64,000 bases of DNA from Vicugna vicugna. Its lineage: Eukaryota. The stretch lies in the NCBI GenBank assembly GCA_013265495.1, contig MU058065.1:8370302-8434301 (forward strand). Reading direction: 5' to 3'. Positions 26,080-39,407 of the stretch are shown piece after piece. Every line of letters begins with the position of its first letter. The first letter of the stretch is position 1. Both the position numbers and the translations under genes were made by a program. Below the pieces are notes generated by a model. It saw only the letters and a program-made list of their open reading frames with translations, had not been told where the DNA came from and did no database searches.

Positions 26080-27153
26080 GAACGAATCATTGACGCCTTT
26101 AATATTAATGTTTGCGAAATGAAGTGAATCAATGGTCATTTATGGGGCTGCTGAGGATACAGGAGACTGAGCACCATGAAGTTTATGACACCAAGGGAGG
26201 AGGAGCTGGAACTCGGGAAAGAAGTGAGGATAGGAAAAAATAAGGGCTTGCTATTTTTTTATTTTAGGAAAGGAAACATCATTCAGAGAGACAGGAAAGG
26301 AGACTTGGGTAGAGCTGGAAAAGACTAGGAAATTAAGGAAGAAGTGTTTTAACACAACCAAACTTTCTGTGAGAGCAGCAAGTAGAGTAATGAAATGATA
26401 GAATCCTAACTACTGGTAGTGAATCTCTCAGTCATTGTGTTTCTATTAGTTGGTTTGCTTTTTTAGAGCTCAGCGATATGTCAGAGGGTGGGTATCTTTC
26501 CTTCATGTGAGCGTTACCGTAACTCACTGCTTCAAACGGGAACACAGGGAACGGTGCCCTCCCCCTCCCCCTCTGCTGTACAGCCAAAGTAATTTGGTGA
26601 CTAAAAAGGCTTAAATAAAAAGAGAAATGGGTCAGCCCTTGGCCATGGTTCTCCAAAGTCAGCTTTCTGCTGTGAGAAACTAATGCCATCCTTTGATCAG
26701 TGTCAGCTGTGATGCCGTTAGAGGGTCAGACAATGGGCAGGATCTCCAGGGAGGACTGAGGAACCCACCAATGTCCATGTCACAGTTCTGGACAAGATAA
26801 CCTCGTGAGGGCTGCAGTCCTCACCAACCTACCAGGCCAGGGTGAAATTTATCTTCCAGAAACTTCAAAGCATGAGCGTGACATATGGAGCTCAATAAGA
26901 CCCCAAAAGAAACACATCACTGATGATGAGAAAATAACCATGACTCTTTACAAGCTTGCATGGGGTCTAAACTATCCCTTTTACATGTCTGTGTTCATTC
27001 CACTGGGAATGAGGTGATTCACTTTTGTGTGACCTGCAGGGACCACCTCCAGAGCTTCCGGTTCCCTTGGCTGGCCCCCTCCAGGGTGTTCCGTGTAGGA
27101 CTCTCAGCACCACCGTGACAGCAGCTCTTGGAGATTCCCCACACATCTGTGGT
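26080..27153 (-). other. XRCC5: XRCC5 3'UTR (end uncertain)
   Basis: Follows the TAG stop. Candidate poly(A) signals on the - strand: AATAAA at 26258-26263 and ATTAAA at 26098-26103. Confidence 0.6.
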
Positions 27154-27168
27154 CTATATCAAGTCCAG
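27154..27168 (-). CDS. XRCC5: Ku80 final coding exon (LDLI*)
   Basis: Acceptor tttctcaacgtgttgttcctgtttacAG|CTG GAC TTG ATA TAG; completes ...EEGGDVDDL|LDLI. Confidence 0.92.
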   Translation of the reverse strand: MDLI

Positions 27169-27949
27169 CTGTAAACAGGAACAACACGTTGAGAAAGGAA
27201 CCGGGCCACCTCCAGACCACTGCTTCTCTGGGAAGGAAGTTTACTGACAACGGTTCTCTTCACTGGCAGTCTGCATAAACTTGCACACTCACTCACTGTC
27301 AATCATTTTAAGAGTTAAATTCTAAGTATCTCTTCATTTCAGTACTAAGAACTTCTCCACAAAAAAGCTGAAGTTCTGACTGGACTGCTGTCCTGTGAGG
27401 CTTAAAAGCAGGAAGTTTCCACACATGAAAGATGGATACAAAGGCCAACACTTCTACACAGCTGCCCAGGCTGCCAGGCGTGGTGTGGTTAAGGTCCAGA
27501 AATCCCCAAGTGCCTATCAGCCTATTCTGTTTACATTGTTAATTGAGAACATTAAAGAATTAGGCTTTTTAAAGGCTGTTTTTATTTGTCATCCCACAAA
27601 AACTGCATGTTGTATTGCCTATTTTGGTTGAGAGCAATTTCAGTAAATTATGACATTTTGCTGCTAAAGGAATAGCCTCCCCCAGCTCTTTTTCAGTCCT
27701 TCAAAGGAGAGGTTTAAACTGAGTGAACAATAAACTGAGAAAACCACAGAGCACAGGGATGTCCATTATGAAATTACTTATCTGATTAAATTTACAACAG
27801 CAATAAATAACAGTGTGGAGAGCTCCTGGTGTGTTAGAAATTAAAACACAAATAAGAAGCAAGTCTGTGATAAGCAGGCTTTGTGGCTGTATTTACAGTT
27901 TAGGCAATTTCACTCACTAGAACACCTGGTATATATTAGAAGTACTTAC

Positions 27950-28024
27950 CAAATCATCCACATCACCACCTTCCTCAAATATGGCCGCTGTGTCTTCCTT
28001 TGCATTTTCTTTGGGGGCCAGAAA
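27950..28024 (-). CDS. XRCC5: Ku80 exon (75 nt) FLAPKENAKEDTAAIFEEGGDVDDL
   Basis: ttcacAG|TTT...TTG|GTaagt; matches the Ku80 C-terminal tail. Confidence 0.96.
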
Positions 28025-31000
28025 CTGTGAACAGAAAGTCAGGCATGATACCAAAAGGTCATTTCTGCCCCTTTTGATGGAGGGACACATGCAAATGGCC
28101 CAAAAGAAATATTATCTTGACATATGCTCCTCCGTTTAGCCCTGGATGAGAGGACCAATTTTGAGGTTGAAGAGCCCACACTAACTAGTCAGAGAAAGTT
28201 CTTACGAAGAGGGAGGAAATGACATGGCTTGCTGAGGCAAGGGGCAGGTGGAGGGTCCTACGTCAGGCACTGAGGACACCTGATATTCCCATTTCTGCCT
28301 CCACAAAGGGTATGTGGACTCATGAGGGTTAAAAAAAAAAAAACCAAACACCCCAAATCAGTATGTCTCGGTTTCTTCTGAAAGTGTCTGAACTTAAAGG
28401 TTACAATCATCTCTCCCTCAACCCTAGTGAGAACAAAAAGGTAAAAGGAAGGACTTCTTTTAAGAGATGTGAAACATAAAAATGGGTGAGCTTGGGAGGT
28501 TGTTCAATTTCTTTTCTGGAAATCCTCTCATTTGTGTTGGAAATTGTCTGAAAACAGGAAAATCGATGAGAAAACTTCAAATGTACACTTCTGTTTAGCA
28601 TCAGTGTTCCAGACACGGAGCTTCTAAAAGGCAGATACATAGAAAAGCAAGGATCCTGAACCGAAGCCTGCGAGGATCTAAGAATGCAACCCAGATTTTA
28701 AAAGGGATGTGAGTGCCCTTAAGACTCTCCCAACACTCCTGCTCTCCATCCTGTCCCTCCAAGAGATAGCAGTGGGGACTCTTTTCCTTCGAGGTGCGTG
28801 GTAACTGCATCTGAGAACTGTTCTATCAACCATTTCCCAGCCTAACACCAGAGCTAATCTTCTGGCAGCATAAGGACTTAAAATGGTAGCAGAGCCAAGC
28901 CTGCAGGAGTAGGTGTTGTTGGAAGGGGAGGTGGGAGGTGAGGCACGCCTCTCCCGTGAGCATCCTCAGGGTCAGAGTGCACGGAGCACGCGGGCGCTGA
29001 GTGAGATCCCCAGGCCACTAAGTTTCTGCGGCAGTCTCCACCCAAGAGGGAAAGGTGTACTCACACATACTTTTCTCACTCTCTCCTTGAAAACATGGCA
29101 AGAACTGCCTTCCCTTTATAGTTTAGTGATTTTTATGGTACAGTGGACACAACAGAGGTCTCTGAAACCTAAGATTTATAATTAGACTAAAATATGTCCC
29201 TTTGACAAATCACAAAGCAAAGTCACCATTAAAATACTAGGTTGTGCACAAGTCTCAGGAAGCAAGTGCTGCCTGTCCCTCCACTCGTGTGCAGAGACAC
29301 ACACGCAGGCAGGAGAACAGCACCGGCAGAACTGGCCGGTGCCTCGTCAGTACCATGGACAGGGCCGTGGCGGCTTGTTTCTGACTCAACCTCCCTCCTG
29401 GGCTTTTTCCCCGACAGTCAAAATCATCTCATCATTCATTAACTTCAATTTTGACTGAGAGACTAGGGAATTTATCTTCTTCTAAAGACATATATAAATC
29501 TTTCCATAACACTTTATTGACGCTCAACTGGACCATGCTCAGTGCTGGGAATCTAGTTCAGCAGACAGAACATGCTAGCAATGGAAGCACAGTCTGGAAC
29601 AGAACTGTAGTACAGCCTCCGTATCGTTAATTCTATCTATTTATTCTGGTTGATTATTAATAAAGGTATCTGAGGTCCACACAGAGATAAATGAGTAAGA
29701 AATCCACACATGTATGTGCATATGGTTTACACCTAAAGATTAAACTCTGCTCTTAGATTCCCAAATTAATCTTTATTTATGATTCTCCTAATTACCAATA
29801 TTAAAAATGATTTTCACTTTGTACCTTCCCTCTCCTACTCATTATCATTAACCCCTACATCAAGAACATCAGGCAAGGGGATAAAGCCTTATCCAGTTGG
29901 GTTGCAGAGACTAAAAAGTAGAGCATAAACCTCTGGGGGCGGGGGGCACAAATGACCTTCCAAATACAGACTCTATGGTTTCATGGTTCTATGTCAACTA
30001 TATCTTTTATTATCCCTTAGGAACCTGATACATGGCAGGTACTTACTGATGAATCTAGAGAATTCCTAATGTTTTTTTGCACACAGCCTCTAAAGGCTCC
30101 AATTCCCATTCCCTCCCCACCTGCAAAGCCCCCTTCACACTGCAACTACAGGGTAAATGAAGACAGAACCGTCTGAGCGGTGTGAGCATGGTATACACAG
30201 TTAAACACTAGTGGCACAGCTCTGAGATGAGGCCAGGTTCCGAGGAGAGGAGCAGCAGCAGCAGCAAACTTCCCCTTCATTTCCACCAAGTGCTAAACAT
30301 CTGCAACTGGCTTCCTGGCAGATCTGCTTCCCGTGTCTGTGCAAGCAAATTATGGCTCAAACCGGGACTGCCATCCATTATCCTCCCCAGAGCCCTGGGC
30401 GAGGCTGGTCTCATGCACATATCACTCCTCATCATCAGGGTTTTTAACTGCAAGTAATTTCCAGTCTGTGCAGTGACAGGGAAGCTAGAGATAAAGCACA
30501 GACTTCAGTGACTGGCCTGTTTTCTCAATAAAAGCAACAGATTCTCTAAATGCAGCAGAAAGGGACACAAGTCAACTCCCGACTTTTCTTATGTTCTTTC
30601 TCTCTGCAATATGCTGAAAGAGTAGACAGTAAAGAGAAAGAACACCTGTGTGACACAGTGCTCCACCCTCAAACCACCATCATTTACTTGGGATTACCTC
30701 CTTGCTTGGAGATCTTTATAAAACAGATAAACTACTACCTCTCAAGTACACTGAAATACAAGCCTGGTCACAGGCAGAGAAAGTGAATCAATAATCTCTG
30801 TATAGAAGCTTCCAGTCCGATTCCTCCACAAGACTAAACACTAAAAATCAGCTTGTGCTCAGACCCTGAGCTATCCCCAAATTAAAAACACAAGGCTTCC
30901 ACTGGGCTGATTCTAACACTATCAGGCGATTCCAAAGAATCACCCATAATCCAGACGTACAAAAGCATCAGGAAGAATGAAAGTCCATTTGCATGTATTT

Positions 31001-31084
31001 TGTCTAAAATGACACATACTTAGGTTTCATTAATGCTGATTTCATGCTATAAAGACAATACAGTGCAGCAGAGAAATTCTTCAA

Positions 31085-31280
31085 ACTAGTGTGGGGGAAC
31101 AGAAGCACCATCCAAGCTCTGCCTGTTCCTTAGTAACCCTGGGCAAGCCACCTGGCCTGCCTATAGCCGGTTTTCCTCAAAAAATAAAATGGGAATACTA
31201 CTACTGACCCTACCTATCTCATGGGATTATATTGCTTTTCAGATGAAATAACATGCACAAAAGTGCTTTGTGTACTGTAG
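31085..31280 (+). mobile_element. MIR SINE
   Basis: ccctgggcaagccacct...gttttcctcaaaaaataaaatgggaatacta...cctatctcatgggatt. Confidence 0.75.
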
Positions 31281-31289
31281 GCTTTATGC

Positions 31290-31760
31290 TCCAAGCCCTA
31301 GGATACACACAATATGTGTCTACCAAATGATACATACAATAATACCCACAGCATGTTTACTCACAACTGCCAAGGTTAGGAAACAATCAAAAATGTCCAA
31401 CGTTAGAAGAATGGATGAATCAATTATGATATAACCATAAAAGAGAATACTACATAGCTGCAATAAAGAATGAACAATTTTAACATCATGGATGAATCAT
31501 AAAAGGCATGATTCCAATTATATGACGGTTAAGACAGGCAAAACTACTCTCAAGTGACAGAGGTCAGAATAGTGGTTATCTTGGGGGTTCTGACTGAGAA
31601 GGATGTCAGGGAGCCTTCTGAGGTGTTGGAAATGTTCTGTATTTTGATCTGGGTGGTGGGTATCCAGATATATGAATACATAAGAATTTATCAGCATACA
31701 CATTTAAGATTTGTGCATTTACTGTATGTATGTTTCATCCTTGATAGTTTTAAAAATTGT
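31290..31760 (+). mobile_element. Old L1 (L1MC/ME-type) 3' end
   Basis: ggaaacaatcaaaaatgtcca...gaggtcagaatagtggttatctt...aatgttctgtattttgatctgggtggtgg...ttaagatttgtgcattttactgtatgta. Confidence 0.75.
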
Positions 31761-32744
31761 ATCTTAAAAGTATCAAGCTGTAAACAAATGTAAGTTAACG
31801 CTGTGATATTTTAACTATTACTTTTCTTGTACTAGCATATAGAACAACTATACTAGAGATTGAAGGCAGAAAAGGAAAGTGGAAAAGAACAAAGGAAAAT
31901 ATCATGGGGTCCAATAGGGGCCAGCAGTTATGCTCCTTCACAAGGTCTCTGACACACAGAAAACTGGGTGTACTTCTGAAAGAGGAAGCACGAGCTTCTG
32001 TTCCTCACGCAGGTGTGGCTGCTGGTACTCTGGGGGGAGGGATGGAGAGGTGGCGTCATGGTGTGGAGTAAGATGACTACGGAAGGAGCCCGGGGTCTGG
32101 GTTCTCGTCACTCACTGGCCATGAACCTGCTGAGATGCTGAGCAAGTCAACTCCACCTCTCCAGATGGCATCTGGAAAATGACTAGACTGCTAAGCATTG
32201 AGCATCTATGATGCTAAGATGGAAAAATCAATAAATGTCAACAACAATAAAGAAGGCTAGATTAGGCAGCTACAAGGAAAACAAGTGCTAAAATAATGAT
32301 TTTTTCCCCCACAGAGTTTGTATCAAATGATTCTTTAGACATAGCTCAGCCTCCTGGAATCCCATGAGAAACAATACTCCAAAGCCACAGGAATAAATTC
32401 TTTTTCCCGCTGTGCTCTTAACACTGAGTAAGAAGAACGGACGGCTGGGGGGTCAGTCCTACAACCGGATTCCTGACTAGTGACTTACGACAAGATCTCA
32501 GACACGGCATTTCACTTCTCATAGCCCTAAGTTTCTTCATCTATAAAACCTGAGGGTTCTTCCGAGTCCCATCGGCAAAAGAAATACCAGTTTTCTGCTC
32601 CCACTGTCCAACTGCTGAGAAGTTTTAAAAATAAAAACTTAGCTAGATTATTAGGATTCTTTCCAGCTGAAAAAAATTCTATACAAAATAAGCCAATATC
32701 CTCTGCCTTAGTTAAGAATCTGGCTTGTTTAAATTCTTCTAGCT

Positions 32745-32870
32745 CAGGGCTTCTCAATGGTGCCATTCTTTGTTGTGGAGGTCTCTGCCCACTAGGAGTC
32801 GGTAGCATGCCCCCTGCTCTAATCACTAAAAATGTCTCCAACAAAATTACTCCCAGCTGAGAACCACTGT
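32745..32870. mobile_element. MER20-like hAT MITE (internally deleted)
   Basis: Terminal inverted repeats cagggcttctcaa ... tgagaaccactg; internal aaaaatgtctcca. Confidence 0.7.
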
Positions 32871-33126
32871 TCTAATCCTAACACAGGTTAGTAGGAGAAA
32901 CTTCAAAAAAAAAATTTTTTTTTGGTAAAGACGATAAACTTCAAATGAAGAATCAACCTATCTTGACCTTTCACAAGTCCAGGTCTCTCACTGACTATGG
33001 TTTGGGGCAAAGGACTTCCCAGATGCCCCTGGAATGTGTCAGGATAAATAGCCACACCTCCTCCCACCACAGAGCCATGCCCTGTGAATGATGGGACAGA
33101 GAAAGGGTACACAGGAGCTACTATGG

Positions 33127-33650
33127 CCCATACATGTTGTTGCAAATGGCAATATTTCTTTTCTTTTACGACAGTGGTATTCCACTGTATATATACACTA
33201 CATCTTCTTTACCCATTCATCATCAGTGGGCACATAGGTTGTTTCTATATCTTAGCTACTATAAATAATGCTGCTGTGAGCACAGACGTGTATACATCTT
33301 TTTGAATTTTGGACCTTGAGAATATTATGTTAAGTGAAATAAGTTGGATGCAGAAAGACAAATACCAAATGATTTTGATCTTATGTGGAATATAAAAAAA
33401 TGAAAATGAACAAACCAAACTAAACAAAATAAACACACAGAGACTGAGAAGGCAGTAGTGGTTACCAGAGAGAAACGGGTCAAGGAGAGAGCAAAATGGG
33501 TAAAAGGGTCAATGGTCTGGTGATGGATGGAAACTCAGCTTTCAGTGGTGAGTGTGCTGTGGTGTACACAAAAGTTGACATATAATGTTGTACACAGAAA
33601 TGTAATGTTATAAACCAATGTCACCTCAATAAATATAAAGAAATAAAACA
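33127..33650 (+). mobile_element. L1 3' fragment with inverted 5' segment
   Basis: 33127-33309 is the antisense ORF2 end (ORF track -: IQKDVYTSVLTAALFIVAK). From about 33310 it is sense ORF2 end and 3'UTR through aataaa and an A-rich tail. Confidence 0.85.
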
Positions 33651-35099
33651 AAGCTGGAGAAAAATATATATAAAAAAGGCTTTACCAAACATCAAATGTT
33701 AACAGCATGTCTGACAGTAACAATTAGAAAAAGTTAAGTGAAAGAACTGACAGGTTGTAACAACAACAGAAATGAATGTAAAGAGGGGTAATATTTGTCT
33801 GGTCTTCAAAATGAAATGAGGGGTATCAGTTATTGAAAAGAACTATCTAAGCTTATGTCATGAAAGAATTTTCTATCTCCGCAGCAAGGCTGACTTACCT
33901 GTATGTCTCAAAGAATCATAAAATGGACATATTTTTAGACTATATCAGAGGGAAATAGCTCCCCTTAAGATGTACAAGTATAAAATTATGATTTATTTTT
34001 CATCTGAAATGGATACCCCTGGATAATTATTTCCTTTCAAATTAACAAACAACATTTAATAGACACAATGTGACAGCTAGTTAACTATAAATAACTTATG
34101 GTAAATACCTTGAAAGAATTCAAGTGGACCATTAGAATTGGTCTTCACTTTCTCTGATTATAGCCAAGTTTCCTTAATTGATTATTTGGAAAGGGACTGA
34201 ACTTGTTTTGAAGGCAGTGTAAATGAGTATTTCAGGGCACGGTCAAAAGTGATTACACATCTGTAAGTTTGCTAAGAGAAAAAGCTGAAGACGAAGCATG
34301 ACTCTCCTATTTAATCACAAGGAATCAGCTTCCGTGAGTCAGAACCCAACTCGGCAATTCTTCTATCATCTGTAGGTGCACTCTCCCTTCTACCCTTCTC
34401 TCCAAAAATCAACCTGTGCAAAAAACTTAAAAACATTTTTAATGTAAAGGACTGGGTTTTCATTCTGAAAAATGAAGGGTTCATGTGGCACTGAAGCACA
34501 GACAGGCATAACCCTGCGAGTCAGACACGCCCGAACGTGCGCTGACGGTGAGCCACGGGAACAGCCTCCACTCCACTGCGCCGACCTTGTTCTCTACCTG
34601 TTCAAAGCTGGTGGCGTTTTCCGAGTTGTCTGAAACTGCAACCAGCTGAAATCAGTTCTGCTGGTACTACAGTCTCGTAAGGATACCACCCCATTCCTAG
34701 GCTTAACTGAAATTCCTCTCTGTAGCTTCATTATCAGACATTAAAATTCCTGATGGTTAGGCTCTGTGCCCTTAAATTCTAAAGATGACATTGCATTTGC
34801 AACAAAGAATAAGCCTCAGACATTTTCAAGAAGCATGTTATTCCTCCTTAGACTTCCTCCCCCTCTAATATTCTGGATTCACTCAGCGGTGATGCCTTTG
34901 GTTAAGATGTACCGCTGCAAGGGAAAAACTACCTTTTTTCAGACCAGTGCTCTTTTCTCTCCTCTTCCTGCAAAACTGTAACACATACTCAATTTTCACC
35001 TGATGACAGTTTTTTTTAATGCAATAATGATTAAAATTAAATTATTTGCCTTGACTTATTTTACCTGTTAGCAAAAGCTGACTGATAAGCCTTCCCCCT

Positions 35100-35502
35100 A
35101 TGTGATTTTACGTGTCAGCTCGGTTAGGCTATGGTGCACGGTTGTTGAGTCAAACACTAGTCCAGATGTTGCTGTGAAGGTATTTTGTAAATGTGATTAA
35201 CATTTACAACAGCTGACTTTAAGCAGAGACAGTTACCCTCCACAATGTTGACAGCCTCATCCAATCAGCTGAAGAAGTTCTGCCTCTAGACTGTGACACA
35301 GAAATCCTGTCTAAAAGTTGCCAGCTTGCTGGCCTGCCCTACAAATTTCAGATTTGCCAGCCCCTACCATTGTGTAAGCCAATTCTTTAAAATAAATCAG
35401 ACTTCACCAACCCCATACACACACACACACACACATACACACACACACAAACACACACACATTCTCTTGGTTCTGTCTCTCTGGAGAGTCCTGAGTAACA
35501 CT
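35100..35502 (+). mobile_element. MLT2 (ERVL) LTR with internal (CA)n
   Basis: tttacgtgtcagctcggttaggctatggtg...gatgttgctgtgaaggtattttgta...agccaattctttaaaataaatc...ttggttctgtctctctggaga; (CA)n at about 35416-35460. Confidence 0.85.
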
Positions 35503-36344
35503 CTAGTTCAGGGGGTAAATATCATCATGCCATTGCATAAAGCAACAAACAGAAACAAAATCAAGCAGTTGAATGACACTCTGATGCCCACAGGACTCAG
35601 CACTGACTGCGGCAGGATGGGATACAGATGCCATGGAACCCGTTCTGAGACGGTCATCAGCATCTCAGCGTGCATTTTAAATTCTGGGATCTTACTTCCT
35701 GAAAGCAGGGGCTGTAATCTGTTCTTTAACAAAACGCTTTTGCCAGGCTTAATAAAAATTCTTGTATATTCTAACTTCTCTTCCAAAAAATATTATGGTT
35801 TTTACTGAATGCCTTTATTGAGCCAAAAATTCAAGGCATTTTAAATTTGCCTTGAATTTAGCCACAGATGAACACTTCCAGCCTTGCTCCCAACAGTCCT
35901 AGACCAAACTCTCCCTTAGTGTGTGTAGTTAATTCTTGAGTCTCCACTGCTTCCTTCTGCTACCTTGTGACCGACGGAGTTTCTAGAGGGCAGGGGTACT
36001 GTCTTATCATCCAGCACAGTGCCCAGCATAAAGCAGAGGCTTAGCACGTTAACTGACAGCTGCCAGGACCGAGCTCAATCAGTGACTGTAAAAGATGCTG
36101 ACTGTTACAAACCATATACTTTTGAGCTACTCAATTTAGTTTCATTAAAACTGCATCAGAAATCAAGGGTTACTGAGATAAACAGCCACATGCATTTGGC
36201 TCATAGCTGAATCAGATTCAATACTCATACACCAAGCAGAAGACTTGGGCCCACTAACTGTGTCAACAGGAAGTTTGTGGGACCTGCATACATGAGGTAT
36301 TTTACTGTAAACACCTGGATATGCCTTACGTTGGAATACTTGTG

Positions 36345-36525
36345 TGCTCTACCTTGCTGCACTTCACAATCACCTGAGGGGCTTTAAAAACTCAAAACCA
36401 TGCCCCAAACCCATCTCATACCAACAGAATCTCAGGGGAGAGGAAGGGGTGCTTGCCATCAGCATTTTTTTTTTTTAATAGCTCCCCAGGTGACTAACGT
36501 GTGGCTTGGCTGGGAATCACTGGGC
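36345..36525. mobile_element. MER5A-like hAT MITE
   Basis: aatcacctgaggggctttaaaaa...cagaatctcagggg...agctccccaggtgactaa...gggaatcactg. Confidence 0.75.
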
Positions 36526-36762
36526 TGGAGGGATAGCCTTTGCCAGGGTCTAGACTACATGTGGTGTGCACCATGGACCTCAGGAGCTATGATTACAGAT
36601 GAGTTCTAGACACATCACCACAGCCTATGGAAAGCTGAGTGGATTACAATTGTCCCACAAGGATGCTACAGCTGAAGGAATTTGCCTGTTGGTTGAGTAA
36701 AGAATGATATGCTAATTTAGTTACCTTTAGAATCTTACTTCTTCAAGGGAGAACTGGTATCA

Positions 36763-36927
<165 letters not shown>

Positions 36928-38689
36928 TCAATCCCAAACCCATCTTCCTTTCCACCACACCTCCTCCCATTTTTGCACTGGAGATTTTTAAAACTGTAAA
37001 GATGCTCTTCTCTGTAAGAAAAATAAAACTTTATTAAAGGCACTGAACTCATATTATTCTTTCCATCTTACATTATTCTTTCTCCTATTTTTGCTTGTAT
37101 AAAATGAAGGCCACATCTCAAATGCTACCTGCTGTGTGAAGGTAGCATTGAATCTCTCCATCAGAATTCTCAGATCACCTTGTTTATCCCCTTGAAATGG
37201 CTCTCACCATATTTGATCTTGTATAACTATTTGTACATATTTTATCTTTCCTAACTATACTTTTCTCTAGAGCAGGGACTATATTTAATTCATCTTTATA
37301 TTCCCTCCAATGTAGTACGTAGCAGGAGCTCAGTAAACAAATGGTAACTGAGTGACTATACTTTGGTCCAAATCCATTAGGTACCAGATGGGATCTGCAG
37401 ACATTCTGACTTCTAGCAGTGTTACTAGCTATTGACGAGACGATGAGAGAGCTGAGGTCAGGAGGAAACACGCTCTTACATTGGCCTTATCTGTCACTGA
37501 GCACAGTACATCAATTTTAGCTCAGTGAGAACAAACCAAGGATAGAAAAGCGACCCTTTAGTTTTCTCTTCTTCCTAAAATTTTCTTCTGCCTCAAATGG
37601 CTGATGCATGAAACGCTTTCAGAAAAGCACATGCATTTAACATCCATTTGTGCCTAGAAATGGCACAGGTCATGTGTATTCTAAGTAGGATATAGGCTCT
37701 CAGAAAACATGTATCTTGCATGTGTCCTGCAAGTTTCTTTTCAGCAAACAATGTGCTGGAGGCATTCAATAAATACCAAACCCAATCTCTTTCATCTCCT
37801 GGGTTGGCAGCAGGGACACAAAAGTGATCTGAGTAAGCCCCATTCACCACCTATTCTAATTGCTTTTGCTCTCCAGTGTAGAAGTTAAAAGGCTGAAAAA
37901 TTAACTGTCAGGAAAATGGTTGCCTGTGTGATGAAAGGCTGCCCGTTAGACGCTGGATAGATAGGTACGCAACTCTTTTTATACAGAATTTGCACTGAAA
38001 GACAGGTTGAAACTAATTTGGGGGTTCTACTGCAAATGAAAAGTTTCATACTTCGTAACATCATTGTTTTCATATATGCTTTCAACAAGTAATATCTTAT
38101 ACCTTGGTTCTGGAAGAAAATCAAGTCAGGTTAAAGAAAATGGGCAACGGGCATGGAGGAAATCAAACATCAACCCTAAAACTGAAAAAAAATGTATGTT
38201 GCCTTCATTCCACGTTTAACTTGCATTGGTCCCTGTGAACAAGTGAGGAACCGAGTGGCTCTGGTGCATGAAGATGCCAGTCTGCTGATATGAAAGCTCA
38301 AGAACGTGGCAATGAAAGGCTGAGCAGGGCACCGTGCGGGTGAGGTCAGGACAAGTGCTGTGGACCCCGAAGAACTAAAAGAATCGGAGAAAGGAAGTAA
38401 TGTCTGCCTGCACAGCTTCTTCACTCCTCAAATGGAAAGGCGTGATCTCTGAGGGTCATAACGTGCAGAGTTTAAGATGGGACTTACATGTTTACTACGA
38501 TTCATCACTTTGTATTTATGTTTATCAAGCAATATTTTCAGTTCACTGAAATCTGAGCGTTTCCCAAGTCCACATGGGAAGTCACCAGGTCCTCACATAA
38601 CACATCACACAATATAATTTATATTTAGAATTTATACTTAGAAAATAAATAGCATAAATATTTGGAGGAAAAGACAAATGACACCTTAC

Positions 38690-38786
38690 CCTGGACGACA
38701 ATCTCCCAGAAATGACTTAATTGTTTAATTTCCACTTTCTCTCGCAGGGCTTTCAGGAAACTGTTAAAGCGCTGCTCTTCTGAAAA
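38690..38786 (-). CDS. XRCC5: Ku80 exon (97 nt) [32 protein letters not shown]
   Basis: ccaccAG|TTT TCA...CAG G|GTaagg; Ku80 C-terminal helical domain. Confidence 0.96.
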
Positions 38787-39297
38787 CTGGTGGCACATGG
38801 GGGTAGAGCAGGGGGCGGGTCAGAGCACACACACAAACAGAATTCATCCTCAGCCCCAAGCACTATATATACGGAATTACAAATATGTAAAATGTTTTTC
38901 CTTGGTACTGGTACATGGGAAACTGGCACTTCAAATTTCGGCTATGACTCCTGGGAGCCAGAAATCTTTCCATTTGCTGAAGGGACAGAAATCCCCATAG
39001 TCCCACAGGTTTTTTGGTGACCCAGTACTTTGTTTTTTAACCTTTAGCACAGACAGATTCAAACAAAAATAGAGTAATTTAGTGCCTGCTCACTCGAATC
39101 ACCCACCCCCTTTTATTCTCCCCTGGAAATGTTTACTGTTAGTAAAATGAGTTAGTCATTTCTACTTCTCTTGGCATATGTTGCTACTCATAGTGAGGAT
39201 GATTATTTCAGAGCCCAGGCTAATCTTTGGGGTGCTATATGTCTCTCCCCTGTGACGGTGGTCAGCTGCTTAGGAAGAGGACACAGGATGGCATTAC

Positions 39298-39407
39298 CTG
39301 AATGGCTTCCTCCCGGAAGACCTTGATGCAGTCCATGCTCTTCATGAAATACGGTGTTTTGTTGGTATCCAAAAACTGTTCAATGTGATTTATTAGTTGC
39401 TGACTCG
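39298..39407 (-). CDS. XRCC5: Ku80 exon (110 nt) (A)[36 protein letters not shown]
   Basis: tcttttgttctAG|CG AGT...CAG|GTaatg; ORF track 39262..39486 contains this peptide. Confidence 0.96.

Noticed and set aside
35293..35808. 171-aa ORF
   Set aside because: Runs through an MLT2 LTR and a (CA)n repeat; spurious.
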